Origin: Granulicella sp.
GTDB lineage: Bacteria; Acidobacteriota; Terriglobia; Terriglobales; Acidobacteriaceae
Assembly (NCBI GenBank): GCA_027339965.1
Contig: DAHWNL010000076.1
Coordinates: forward strand, 1-64,000
DNA length: 64,000 bases
Reading direction: 5' to 3'
Under the pieces are notes generated by a model. That model was not told where the DNA came from and made no database searches. It saw nothing but the letters and a program-made list of their open reading frames with translations. Shown here in pieces: positions 29,949 to 39,800 of this stretch; positions within the stretch are counted from its first letter, which is position 1, and the number at the start of each line of letters is the position of its first letter. The position numbers were made by a program, and so were the translations under genes.

Positions 29949-30886
29949 AGGCGAATTCCATCTCGAAACGGATCCTGCGGCTGGAGGAGGAGGTAGCCTT
30001 TCGCAGTAACATAGGCTCGCCCGGTGATGCTGGGCACGATGCGGCCGCCAGAGCCATCCTGCATGCGATAACAGCCGGTGAAGACGGTGCCCAAAATGCC
30101 TTCCTGACGCCAGATTTGGCCAGGGGCAAGCTTGCCGTCCGCAGCCAGGCAGGCCAGCTTCGCGCTGGTGCCGGTTCCACACGGCGAACGATCGTAGGCT
30201 TTGCCGGGGCAGAGGACAAAGTTGCGGCTGTCCGCGCCCGCGGACGGAGCGGAGATCTCGATATGGTCGATCTCCGCTCCCTCGGCTCCGGTGATGTTCT
30301 GCTGCTGTAGAGCGCGACGAATCGACCATGCGTATTCGGTCAGCTTGTGGCTGTTGGCCGGGGTGAGATCCACGGGGGCGCCATCGACGAGAAAGAACCA
30401 GTTGCCTCCCCAGGCCACATCACCGCGCACTGTGCCGATACCGGGTACCGTAACCTGCACGCTCTTGCAGAGGCGGAAGCTGGGAACGTTCTCAATGCTG
30501 ATCTCAGCATTGCCGTGTAGCGTTGCGCGGACCGTTCCGACGGGGGTCTCAATCCGATGCTGCCCTGGGCCAAGGCGCCCCAGATGCGCCAGCGTGGCGA
30601 CCAAACCGATGGTTCCATGTCCGCACATTCCAAGGTATCCTGCATTGTTGAAGTAGATGACACCAGCGGCGCACGCCGGGTCTTGCGGTTCCAGCAGCAG
30701 GGCCCCCACCAGGACGTCGGACCCGCGTGGCTCGTGGATGACGGCGGAGCGAAAGGTATCGTGGCCGCTGGCCAACCGGCGCAGACGTTCCGCAAGAGGG
30801 CCGGCGCCAAGGTTGGGGCCACCGCTCAGAATGACACGCGTTGGCTCTCCGGCGGTGTGAGAGTCGACAAATTCCATGGATCGCAT
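29945..30886 (-). CDS. Proline racemase family, probable 4-hydroxyproline 2-epimerase
   Basis: [34 protein letters not shown] (two catalytic Cys). Confidence 0.9.
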   Translation of the reverse strand: MRSMEFVDSHTAGEPTRVILSGGPNLGAGPLAERLRRLASGHDTFRSAVIHEPRGSDVLVGALLLEPQDPACAAGVIYFNNAGYLGMCGHGTIGLVATLAHLGRLGPGQHRIETPVGTVRATLHGNAEISIENVPSFRLCKSVQVTVPGIGTVRGDVAWGGNWFFLVDGAPVDLTPANSHKLTEYAWSIRRALQQQNITGAEGAEIDHIEISAPSAGADSRNFVLCPGKAYDRSPCGTGTSAKLACLAADGKLAPGQIWRQEGILGTVFTGCYRMQDGSGGRIVPSITGRAYVTAKGYLLLQPQDPFRDGIRL

Positions 30887-30917
30887 CGGCAAGGCCAGTA
30901 TAGCTCTTGTCCACAAT

Positions 30918-30929
30918 AATGTATACATT
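30918..30929. promoter_or_regulatory. Palindrome AATGTATACATT, candidate GntR operator
   Basis: Perfect 12-bp palindrome in the divergent spacer, overlapping the -35 position of a minus-strand TATACT (30897-30902). Confidence 0.6.
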
Positions 30930-31017
30930 GGTTCGCGAGAGATTGATTCGCGAAAGATTCCCGTGAACCGCGCTGAGCCGGAATCCTCGGTATTCGCCGG
31001 GTTACAATCCGACTCGT

Positions 31018-31797
31018 ATGCCAAATAAAGTCATTCGAGCCGTGCAACCAGTCCGTCGGTCGAGTCCCGATTCGGCCAAGCCGCCAGTCCGATCCAAGGC
31101 GGCCAGGCAAGACCATGGCAATAGTCTGCGCAGGGCCTTTCACGAGATTCGAGAGCTGATTGTTCACGGCCGGCTTGCTCCCGGATGCTGGATTGTGGAG
31201 GCGGATCTGGCTCGGTGGTTGGCGATGAGCCGCACTCCGGTGCGCAGCGCGCTGCATCTGCTGCAGCGTGAAGGATACGTTCTGGAGCACACCAACGTGC
31301 GCAAGTCGCGCATGGTGGTCGCTCCCCTGACGAAGGAGGATGCGGGAGAGTTGTACTCCATCATCGGCCACGTTGAGGGCCTCGCCGGGCGAGGCACAGC
31401 CATGCTGCCCAGGCAGCGCCGCGTGGAGATTGCGGCTGAACTCAAGCGCCTCAACCGGGACTTGCGCGCCATCGCGCAGGAGAAGGTTCCGGCAGCCGGA
31501 TCCATCTTTGATACCGACCGCAATTTTCATCGCATCATCGTCGAATCCGGCGCTGGCCCCCGACTGCGCACCTTGCACAGCTCCATCGAGCCACAGGCAG
31601 AGCGCTATTGGCGCCTGTATGCCAGCTCCGTCCTCCATGATCTCCACCTGCCTTTGGCTGAGCACGAGGAGATCATTGACGCTGTTCTGGCCGGTGATCC
31701 CGATCGAGTGGAGCAGGCTCTGCAAACGAACTGGACGAACGGCTGTCTCCGTCTGGCTAAGGTGATTGAGATCTGTGGCGAGCGCGGAAGTTGGTGA
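31018..31797 (+). CDS. GntR (FCD-type) transcriptional regulator
   Basis: G.LAPG..I.E.DLA..L.MSRTPVR.AL HTH; FH and EH..I motifs. Confidence 0.92.
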   Translation: MPNKVIRAVQPVRRSSPDSAKPPVRSKAARQDHGNSLRRAFHEIRELIVHGRLAPGCWIVEADLARWLAMSRTPVRSALHLLQREGYVLEHTNVRKSRMVVAPLTKEDAGELYSIIGHVEGLAGRGTAMLPRQRRVEIAAELKRLNRDLRAIAQEKVPAAGSIFDTDRNFHRIIVESGAGPRLRTLHSSIEPQAERYWRLYASSVLHDLHLPLAEHEEIIDAVLAGDPDRVEQALQTNWTNGCLRLAKVIEICGERGSW

Positions 31798-31848
31798 ACA
31801 GGAAGGCGCGGACCATCGGTCGCGGGGTCCGAATCGCGGAAGTAGCGC

Positions 31849-32250
31849 TTACTGACCGGCTTGTGGTGCCGTCTGGTGCTCAGTGAAGATGTGGGCCTGG
31901 TGACAACTCACGCAAGTCTTGTCCTTCATGAAGGGATCTGACTTCAATTGCGCCACCTGCTCGTTGTGGCAGGTAGCGCATGTGCTCAGCGCCGGCATAC
32001 CGGCGAAGTCCTCCGCGGTGGTCTCACCGTGGCACACGGTGCATTGGACACCATTTGCGCCATGTGGGCTCGCCTTCCATTGGTCATAGATCACCTTATG
32101 GCAGGTAGCACAGGTGTCCCCGGCAGGAATCAAGCGATGGTGGACAATCGTGGGTTGATCCTGCTGAGCTATGGCAGGTCGGGCAGCAACAGCTAAAACG
32201 AGAAAAGTGATCAGCAAGAGACCAAAGACGCGCGCGGCAAAGCATTTCAC
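31849..32250 (-). CDS. Small periplasmic tetraheme cytochrome c
   Basis: Four CxxCH motifs (CATCH, CTVCH, CATCH, CVSCH), W..S.H, signal peptide; GAAGGAGG RBS before GTG 32250. Confidence 0.85.
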   Translation of the reverse strand: MKCFAARVFGLLLITFLVLAVAARPAIAQQDQPTIVHHRLIPAGDTCATCHKVIYDQWKASPHGANGVQCTVCHGETTAEDFAGMPALSTCATCHNEQVAQLKSDPFMKDKTCVSCHQAHIFTEHQTAPQAGQ

Positions 32251-32305
32251 AAAGAGACCTCCTTCGTACGGTCTCCAAGTATTGGGCCGGTGATGTTTGT
32301 AATCA

Positions 32306-32319
32306 GTGATATGCGTCAC
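32306..32319. promoter_or_regulatory. CRP/FNR-family-like site GTGA-N6-TCAC
   Basis: Palindrome spaced like a class II site relative to a minus-strand AATACT at 32278-32283. Confidence 0.45.
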
Positions 32320-32882
32320 GTGTTGCTGAGATGAGATCTGCGCCCTGACTCCAAAGTTTTTCGCCGAGTGGAGGCATCATCGTTTCGGTCGATGCCGCTG
32401 GGGCACTGCCGAATCCTGCACGGATGGTGCAGACGGCAGTTTCTTTCCGAGAGGGACTTCGGACGGAAGCCCGCCTGCCTCTGTCGCCTGCGAGCCCAGG
32501 GTCGGAAATGGTGAGCGCGAGCTTTCGGGGCGGATCGACGGAGAAAAACACAGAAGCCAGAGAGCGATTCCGCAATCCTCGCTAAAAAAGCCATTGGACC
32601 ATCTCTCCGAGTGAAGGCCGTCGGAAATTGCTGATGCCGGTTCCCGACATCAGCGGTTACGAAATGTCACAGTCGGCTAACTGGAAATCGTTCGGCAACG
32701 AGAAGATGTCGTCAGAGTGCCGGAATCTACAGGGCAGGCAGGATTGAGTGCGTATGCTCAGACTCCAGGACGACGTAGAGGTGCGTGCAAAGGCCTGCTC
32801 GTGCAGGCATGCTTGACACTGGCCGCGTTCCGCCATTTTCTCCCGTGGCGAGACATGCAATGGATTTCTTGGAGGAGGAGAT

Positions 32883-32957
32883 TGGAGGCGCGGGCCGGGA
32901 TCGAACCGGCGCATAAAGGTTTTGCAGACCTCTCCCTTACCACTTGGGTACCGCGCC
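32883..32957 (-). tRNA. tRNA-Cys (GCA)
   Basis: GGCGCGG/CCGCGCC acceptor stem, GCA anticodon, TTCGA loop, CCA. Confidence 0.97.
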
Positions 32958-33074
32958 CTTCCCTCAAAGACCAGGCTCAACCACCATACGTTTCGGCACC
33001 GGGCACCAAATCACCCGGATAGCCTCAGCACAGTTTCTGTCTTTCCATCGGTGAGCGGTAGAGACGGAGGTTGT

Positions 33075-33149
33075 TGGAGCGGGAGACCGGGGTCGAACCG
33101 GCGACATCTTCCTTGGCAAGGAAGCACTCTACCACTGAGCTACTCCCGC
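33075..33149 (-). tRNA. tRNA-Gly (GCC)
   Basis: GCGGGAG/CTCCCGC acceptor stem, GCC anticodon, TTCGA loop, CCA. Confidence 0.97.
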
Positions 33150-33161
33150 CCTGCCAAGGCC

Positions 33162-33190
33162 AGTATAGCGAGGCGCTTACCCTTTTGCAA
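33162..33190 (-). promoter_or_regulatory. Sigma70 promoter for the tRNA-Gly/tRNA-Cys pair
   Basis: TTGCAA-17-TATACT on the minus strand. Confidence 0.75.
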
Positions 33191-33244
33191 TGCAACTGGG
33201 GCGGCCTTGAAGAGCCATTTCAGGGTCACACCGCGGGCTCTGGA

Positions 33245-35536
33245 TTACGGATGAGGCCCGGTTTGTGGGGCTACAGGCGGGACTGTGGGGGAGGATGCGG
33301 GCCCGGCTGCTGGATTCCTTGCTCGCAGGCCGGCGGCCAGGCCGCTGCCCTGCATGCTGCCTTCGCCGGAGGTGTGGTTGTTCACCGTATCGAGCCGCCG
33401 GCTTACGATCCGCAACCGTCCTTCGCGCACGATATGGGGAGTGATTGAGATCAGAATTTCGGTGGACTGCTTGCTTAAGTCCTGATTCGTGCCCTGAAAA
33501 CCAGGCAGTTCACTTAACCCCGGCAGGCCGGTGAGGTCTTTGATCTCCTGGGTGCTGACGAGCGTCGCCAGCATCGCCGTGTATCCCTCGGGAACGATCA
33601 CCGTGGAACTCAGAGAGCGGTTATTGAGCACGGGAATGCCATCCAGGCTTCCGGCGCCGAGAGCTTCATCCTTGAGACTCAGGACGAGAGAGACCTCATT
33701 ATCATGCAGAACCTGCGGCGTGAGCTTCAGGGTGATGCCTAGATCCTCATATTGAATCTCAGGAATCGTCTCCGTATTGCTCCCCAGATACTGATTCAAC
33801 AGAGCGGCGATGCTGGAACCACTGGTGGAGAGCCCGGAGAGGGCGCCCGATGCCGAGGTTCCCAGGCCGGTGCTGAACGTGCCGGTTGTCACGGGATAGC
33901 GAGACCCGACGCGAAACTCCGAGGCCGCGCCACTGTCCCCCAGGATCCGGGTCGAATCAAGCACGCTCACGTCACTGGAATTCAACGCGAGTTCAAAGCT
34001 GGGAGTCGAGCCAAGATACAGCCCGGCAAGCCCCAGACCGCCGCCGAAGATCCCCAGCAGATTGGTGTATTGCGAGGCGGTCACGGTTCCGGAGGCTACC
34101 AGAAACTCGACTTCGGTCACCAGGTTTTGCAGCGGACTTCCATTCAGGGTGATGAGTCCACTGGCGACGGCCTCATCGATGATGGATACATTGGAGGAAA
34201 CCAGCGATTGCGCCTCGGAAGCCACGCTGAATACACCGGAGGAGTTGGGAAGAATGGTGCCGATATTGTTCTCGATGCTGTGGTCTATCTCGTAAAGCGA
34301 CACGTCGAAGAGAACCTCTGGAGCGCCGTCCAGCAGATCGTCAAAGACTGCATTGACTTCACGCAGGACCTGCTCCTGGCCACGCATGAGGATAAAGCCC
34401 CCTGTGGGGCTTGACGTTACCCCATTCACATTGAAGATGGTGCGGGCCACATTGCCGAGTTCCTGCATCTCTTTCTCAGAATGACCGGGCACATAGATGG
34501 TCTCTTCAAACTCTGGCATCAGGTCTTCGCGATTTTGCCGCGTATCCCGGGCCAGCATCACCATCTTCGGCTGCAAGGGCACGGCGAAGAGGTTGGCGAC
34601 CAGGTCCAGCGCGCGCGCGGCCCCCGCAAAGTCCACGTTGTTCATGTCCAGGTCAATCGGTGGGCCGTATCCACTGAGCGAAGAGTGCAGCATCGCCTTG
34701 ATGCCGTAAAGGTCATAGAGAGTGGTGGCGACCATCTGCAGGGTGCCGTGCAGATGAATGTTCTTCTTGCCCGGGAGGGGAGTCAGTTTCATCGGGCCTT
34801 GCAGCGTGGACGCGATGTCCTGGGCGGGAAATTTGGAAGGGTCAATACTGCCGTAGAACGGTCCGGGCCACTTCGGTCTTCCTGCCGCAGCCTGGGCCAG
34901 GGAGGCCGTTTTGATTCCGTCCATGGCGAAGTGCTGAGCCACTACAGGATTGTCTGGGTCAATGGAATGCGCTTGAGCGAGCAACTTGTCGGCCTGTTCG
35001 GGCCGACCGGCGGCTCGCGCCCGGGCCGCATGCTCCACCAGTTCCGTGACGTAGTTTTCGCGGGTAACAATCAGCGCCAGAGCGTAATCGCGATTCCTGG
35101 GATTGAGGCGGACGGCTCGCGCGAAGTTGTGGATGGCGCCAGACAAATTTTGGTGCTCGACATCTCTGGCTCCCGCCAGATAAGCGTCATCGGCGGCTCG
35201 CGCCTGGCGGGGCGATATGGTGATCGAAGCGGGGGCAGGCAGCTGCTTTTGGGCGGGCTTGGCGGGCAGCGCGGGTGTTGCGCCGGCGGGGCTGATGGCG
35301 GGGCTGTCCGCGGGATTGGTGGCCGGAGTGGACGGCTGCGCCACCTGGGCCTGTGCAGGAGCCGCTCCGGTCAGAGCGTTGGAGACGCCGGCCGCCAGAG
35401 CTCCCAGATAGAGCCAGGCCAGCACCCCGCGAGCCAGCCGGAGTCTGCTGCCAGAAGGGCGCTTGGCGGGTAAGCGCTGCCCGCGAGTTGGGCGAGTTGG
35501 GATGGAGTGGGGCATTCTCTGTTGAGATAGACGCAC
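33245..35536 (-). CDS. Secretin-family (GspD/PilQ-like) protein with N-terminal TPR region
   Basis: YEDLGITLKLTP, GLPGLSELP, EILISITPHIVR secretin motifs; start uncertain. Confidence 0.8.
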   Translation of the reverse strand: MRLSQQRMPHSIPTRPTRGQRLPAKRPSGSRLRLARGVLAWLYLGALAAGVSNALTGAAPAQAQVAQPSTPATNPADSPAISPAGATPALPAKPAQKQLPAPASITISPRQARAADDAYLAGARDVEHQNLSGAIHNFARAVRLNPRNRDYALALIVTRENYVTELVEHAARARAAGRPEQADKLLAQAHSIDPDNPVVAQHFAMDGIKTASLAQAAAGRPKWPGPFYGSIDPSKFPAQDIASTLQGPMKLTPLPGKKNIHLHGTLQMVATTLYDLYGIKAMLHSSLSGYGPPIDLDMNNVDFAGAARALDLVANLFAVPLQPKMVMLARDTRQNREDLMPEFEETIYVPGHSEKEMQELGNVARTIFNVNGVTSSPTGGFILMRGQEQVLREVNAVFDDLLDGAPEVLFDVSLYEIDHSIENNIGTILPNSSGVFSVASEAQSLVSSNVSIIDEAVASGLITLNGSPLQNLVTEVEFLVASGTVTASQYTNLLGIFGGGLGLAGLYLGSTPSFELALNSSDVSVLDSTRILGDSGAASEFRVGSRYPVTTGTFSTGLGTSASGALSGLSTSGSSIAALLNQYLGSNTETIPEIQYEDLGITLKLTPQVLHDNEVSLVLSLKDEALGAGSLDGIPVLNNRSLSSTVIVPEGYTAMLATLVSTQEIKDLTGLPGLSELPGFQGTNQDLSKQSTEILISITPHIVREGRLRIVSRRLDTVNNHTSGEGSMQGSGLAAGLRARNPAAGPASSPTVPPVAPQTGPHP

Positions 35537-35653
35537 CCAGCCGGCAACGGCACTCCCGTGCTGATCGATGGCCGGCAGCGTGGGCGCGGGATCTCTTGCC
35601 TGGGAGAAGGCGCCCGTGGAGGCCGAGTGTGGGTTGCTCCTTCCTTGAGGTTG

Positions 35654-35950
35654 CTATCGTCCGCTGGAAACAACCTGCAAGCCGGGTCTCGATCCACGCA
35701 CGGGGCGCACGGAAGCCGGTGGGCGTCGTATTCCCCGGCGGATCTCCGCTGAGTCCAGCCCGAGCTCGGTCAAGGTGCGGCTGAGGGTGTTGCGATGCAT
35801 GCCCAGCTCCTCCGAGGCTTTGCACTGGTTGCCACGGTGACACGCAAGCGCCTCCAGGATGTACTGCTTCTTGAACTCACGCACCGCGTCAGCATAGGGA
35901 ATGCCGGCAGCGCGCATCTGGAGGATGAGGTTGGCAAGTTCGCGTTTCAC
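35654..35950 (-). CDS. Small Fis-like HTH protein
   Basis: GNQCKASEELGMHRNTL. Confidence 0.85.
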   Translation of the reverse strand: MKRELANLILQMRAAGIPYADAVREFKKQYILEALACHRGNQCKASEELGMHRNTLSRTLTELGLDSAEIRRGIRRPPASVRPVRGSRPGLQVVSSGR

Positions 35951-36052
35951 TCGCGGAGTCTTCCTTTTCTGGGAGATGCTTTGGGTCCCAAACAGTGTTC
36001 ACCCGTCACCCGGCTGTATGGACGCACTCCTTTTAGTGTGCGGCCAAGGATC

Positions 36053-36580
36053 TCATTTGATCCAGCCCGGCGTGATGTGCTTGAGACGATTTCTATCATT
36101 CAGCAGGCGCTGACTGAGTTCCTTTGGCATGAGGAAGGATAACGCATGAGAGGCTCGAAGAGAATACGGCGCGAATCGAGAATTTTTCATCCACGGAGCG
36201 GCTGGCCGGAAGGCGGCCAGGGCCAGCAGCAGAGCAAAGCAGAGAATCGCTCCCCGGCAGAACCCCAGGACCGCTCCCAGGAGCCGGTCTGCCAGGCCAA
36301 ATCCCATCAGGGAGGCCGTGTGGCGCAGCAGCCTGCCCAGCAGGCCGGACAGGACAAGGATGCCGAGCAGCAGCAGAAGGAAGGCGAGCAGTTGCGCGCC
36401 GGCGGGCGAGGGGATCAGGCCTCTCAGCGAAGGCGCCAGGCCCCGATAGAACCAGCAGGCACAGAGGAAGCCCAGGATCAAACCAGCCAGCGAAAACGCC
36501 TCTTGAAAAAATCCGCGTATCGTTGCCCGCACAATCGAGTACGCCATCACTAGCACGATGAGCCAATCAAGAGCATTCAT
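36053..36580 (-). CDS. cvpA: CvpA (colicin V production) family membrane protein
   Basis: MN.LD...RGF..E..SL; DRLLG...G..RG. Confidence 0.88.
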   Translation of the reverse strand: MNALDWLIVLVMAYSIVRATIRGFFQEAFSLAGLILGFLCACWFYRGLAPSLRGLIPSPAGAQLLAFLLLLLGILVLSGLLGRLLRHTASLMGFGLADRLLGAVLGFCRGAILCFALLLALAAFRPAAPWMKNSRFAPYSLRASHALSFLMPKELSQRLLNDRNRLKHITPGWIK

Positions 36581-36872
36581 AGAGCGTATCGGCTAATCCC
36601 AGGCCACATGGCTTTTGCCGTGCCGGCGTCATGCGAGGCTCCATCTATCTCTGAGCGCATGGCGCATTTTAAGCGCCGGAGCCGGCTTGCTGCCCGGCCG
36701 CCATCCCTGGGCAGAGAGCCACAGCGTGCGGCCTGGGCGGTTCCCTGAAACAGAGCCCGGGCGAAGGCCGGCGGAGGTGGAAACGCATCCTTTCCTCCTC
36801 GGCCGGTTCGAGGGCTGTTGTGCCTGCCCAGCGGCTTTGGGCGAAGCCGGCCGGAGAGGACGCAGATCGAGC

Positions 36873-39800
36873 TCAGGCTGCGCTGCGGGCCTCACGCCCT
36901 TTGCTGCGGCCGCTGAGCGAGACGCTGACGATCTTGGAGACGCCTGGCTCCTGCATGGTGACCCCATACATGACGTCGGCTTGTTCCATGGTGCGCTTCG
37001 TGTGGGTAATGATGATCACCTGCGTATTGGTGGAGACTTCGGAGAGAAGGTTGGCAAACCGTCCCACGTTGGTCTCATCCAGGGGAGCATCGACCTCATC
37101 CAGCATGCAGAACGGAGCGGGCTGGAACTGAAAGATACCTACCAGCAGGGAAAGGGCGGTGAGCGCCTTCTCGCCGCCGGAGAGAAGCAACACATTCTGC
37201 AGCTTCTTGCCGGGCGGCGAGGCGATGATGTCGATGCCGCTCAGGTCGGAGTCCTTGCTGCCTTCCGCCTCCGGATCGGTGAGCCGCATGAAGGCCTGAC
37301 CACCCCCGAAGAGCTTGGTGAAGGTGGCGGCGAAGTTTTCGTTGATGATCTTGAAGGCGTCGTAGAACTTGACGCGAGAAAGATCATCGATCTCCTTGAT
37401 GGAAGACTGCGTGTTTTCAATCGAATCCAGCAGGTCCTTGCGCTGGGTCTCCAGGAAGGCGTGGCGCTGGGAGGTCTCTTGAAACTCCTCCAGGGCCATC
37501 ATGTTCACGGGGCCCATGGCCTCCAGACGCTGCTTGAGGGCGCGGGCAGCTTCATCCTCCGCGGCCAGCGCCTCGGCTTCGATCCGCTGGATGGTGTCGT
37601 CCGCGCGCAAACAGGCGGCTTCGATGGAGAGATCATTCAGGCAGGTCTGCTCGATATGCTCCAAGTCAGAGGCCAGCCGGGCTGCCCCGGCGCTACGCTC
37701 AGCGCGCTGTTCGCGCAGCGCTTCGGTCTCATGACGCAGGCTGCGGAGACGAGAGTCGAGTTCCGTCATAGCGAGGCGCAAAGCAGAAGCTTCGGCGGAG
37801 AGCGTCTCGCCTTCGGCGATGGCCTGGGTGCGGGCCTCCGTGAGCTCGACCTGTTTGGCTGTCAGGCTGGAGGTCTCGGCTTCGCGCTGCTGTCTTTCCG
37901 CACTGGCGGCTGCACACTGCGACTCCAATTGGGCGATCCGCTGGGACTGACCTTCGTAGATCCGGTGAGTACGCTCGAAGTTGGCATGGGCGTTGCGCCT
38001 GCGCTCTTCCAGACCAGCCAAAGCGACCGCTGCGGCAGAGGCTGCTTCCTGAAGCTCTTCACGGCGCAGACGCAGGGAGAGGATCCTCTCCGACAGGTCA
38101 GAGACCTGCTGTTCGAGTGTTGTGCGCTCGGCCTCAAACCCCTCTGACTCCTGCCGCTTGCGAGCGATGAAGTCCAGACGCTGTTGTCGCTGGTCGCGGT
38201 TTCGATCCGCCGCGATTTGACACTGCTGCAGACGGCTCTGGATGCGGGAGACCTCCTGATCCATCTGCCGCAGCGCGGCCCCCGCGTTCGCGCTCTCGCG
38301 CTCCGTGTCTCTGCGTTCGTGATTTTTCGTGTCGAGCGTTGTGGTGAGATCTGCGATCTCACGGGTGAGAGCTGCCGTTGCCAGCTCATTTTCGCCCAAC
38401 TCGGCCTCGATGCCGGTGAGTTTGCCCTGCAGCTCCGCCAACTCGCGTTTGAGGGCCAGGGGGCCCTGCTCGCGCGGCTTGCCTCCGGCGACGGTGCAAT
38501 GATGGAAGGCCTCGCCGGAGGGAGAGAGGAAGTACGATTGTGGATGCTCGTGCGCCAGTCTCTGCGCCGTTTCACTGTCGGGCGCCACAAAGCCGTTGCG
38601 CAACTTGGGCAGAATCGCCTCCAGGGAACGCCCAAATCCATTGCGGATGCGAATGCAGTCTCGCAGAGCGAATACGCCGCCGCCTGGGCTCTCCACTTCG
38701 GTCTCTGGGGGCAGCGCCGTTTCCGGGTCTGTGTTGCCGGGATGCACCAGAAATGTGGCGCGCCCGGCGACATCGGTGTGGAGAAGACGCACGCCCGCAT
38801 CCGCGGCATCCCAACTGGAGACTACGATGTAGTTGAGTTCATCGCGCAGGAACTCGTCCACCAAACTCTCATAACGTCCGTCGACGTCCAGGAAGTCGGC
38901 CAGTGTGCCAAGGGGAGCTGCGCTGCCCGGCAGCTTCGATTGGGCGCGGAAGATGTTCCGCACCGTATCGGTGGAGTAACTATGCTCCCGGATGAGGGCC
39001 TCCAGAGAGGTGCGACGCCCGTTCAGCGTGGCTGCCTGAGCGCGCAACTCGTCCCCTTTGCGGCGCGACCTGGTCTCTTCCAGGCGCCGGGTCTCCAGCG
39101 TGTGGCGAAGTTCGACGATCTCAAATTCCAGCCTTTTGAGGTTTTCGGCGAGGCCCTCGAAGGAGAGACGAGAGGCGCCACGCCGCGCCTGGAGAGCCTC
39201 CAGTTCCTCGCGAGAAGTCAGCGACTCGGCCTCCAGCCGCTCCTGTTCGCGATTCAGGCCGGAGAGCGCGGCCTCCGCCTGCGCAATCTCATTGTTGGCC
39301 TGCGCCGCTCGCTGCATGGACTGCATGGCGCTGCGGCGCTGCGTCTCGGCAAGAGCCTCGGCGGCCAGCACGCTACGCGTGGCTTCCTGAGCCTGGGCCT
39401 GCTGCGCAGAGGCCGACTCTCGAGAGCTGGCCGACTCGGCTGTGGCGTTTTCAAGAAAACTGCGATGCTGCTCCAGTTCGCCCGCGAGCGTTTCCAGCTG
39501 CGAGCGAGCCTGAGCGAGGTCCTGCTCTCCGCTTTGCAAACGCTCAGTGAGATCCGCAATTCGGTCTGAGTTGGTGGCGGCGCGCGCTGCAATGCGTTCG
39601 ATCTCGACAGCGCAGGCGTTCGCTCGGCTGCCGGCGGCGCGAATCTGATCATCCAGTTCGTAGCCCCGCTGAACTCCTTGGGAGTGCTCGGCATCCATCG
39701 CTTCGAGCTGTTGAGAGCGGCTCTCGATGAGATCGCCGAGGCGGGCGATCTCGGCGAAGAGGGATGCCTGCTCAGCGTCCATCTGGGTCAGGCGGCTGGC

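Noticed and set aside
32303..32980. Small ORFs between the cytochrome gene and tRNA-Cys
   Set aside because: No motifs, and they overlap promoter or tRNA sequence; no integrase remnant recognised
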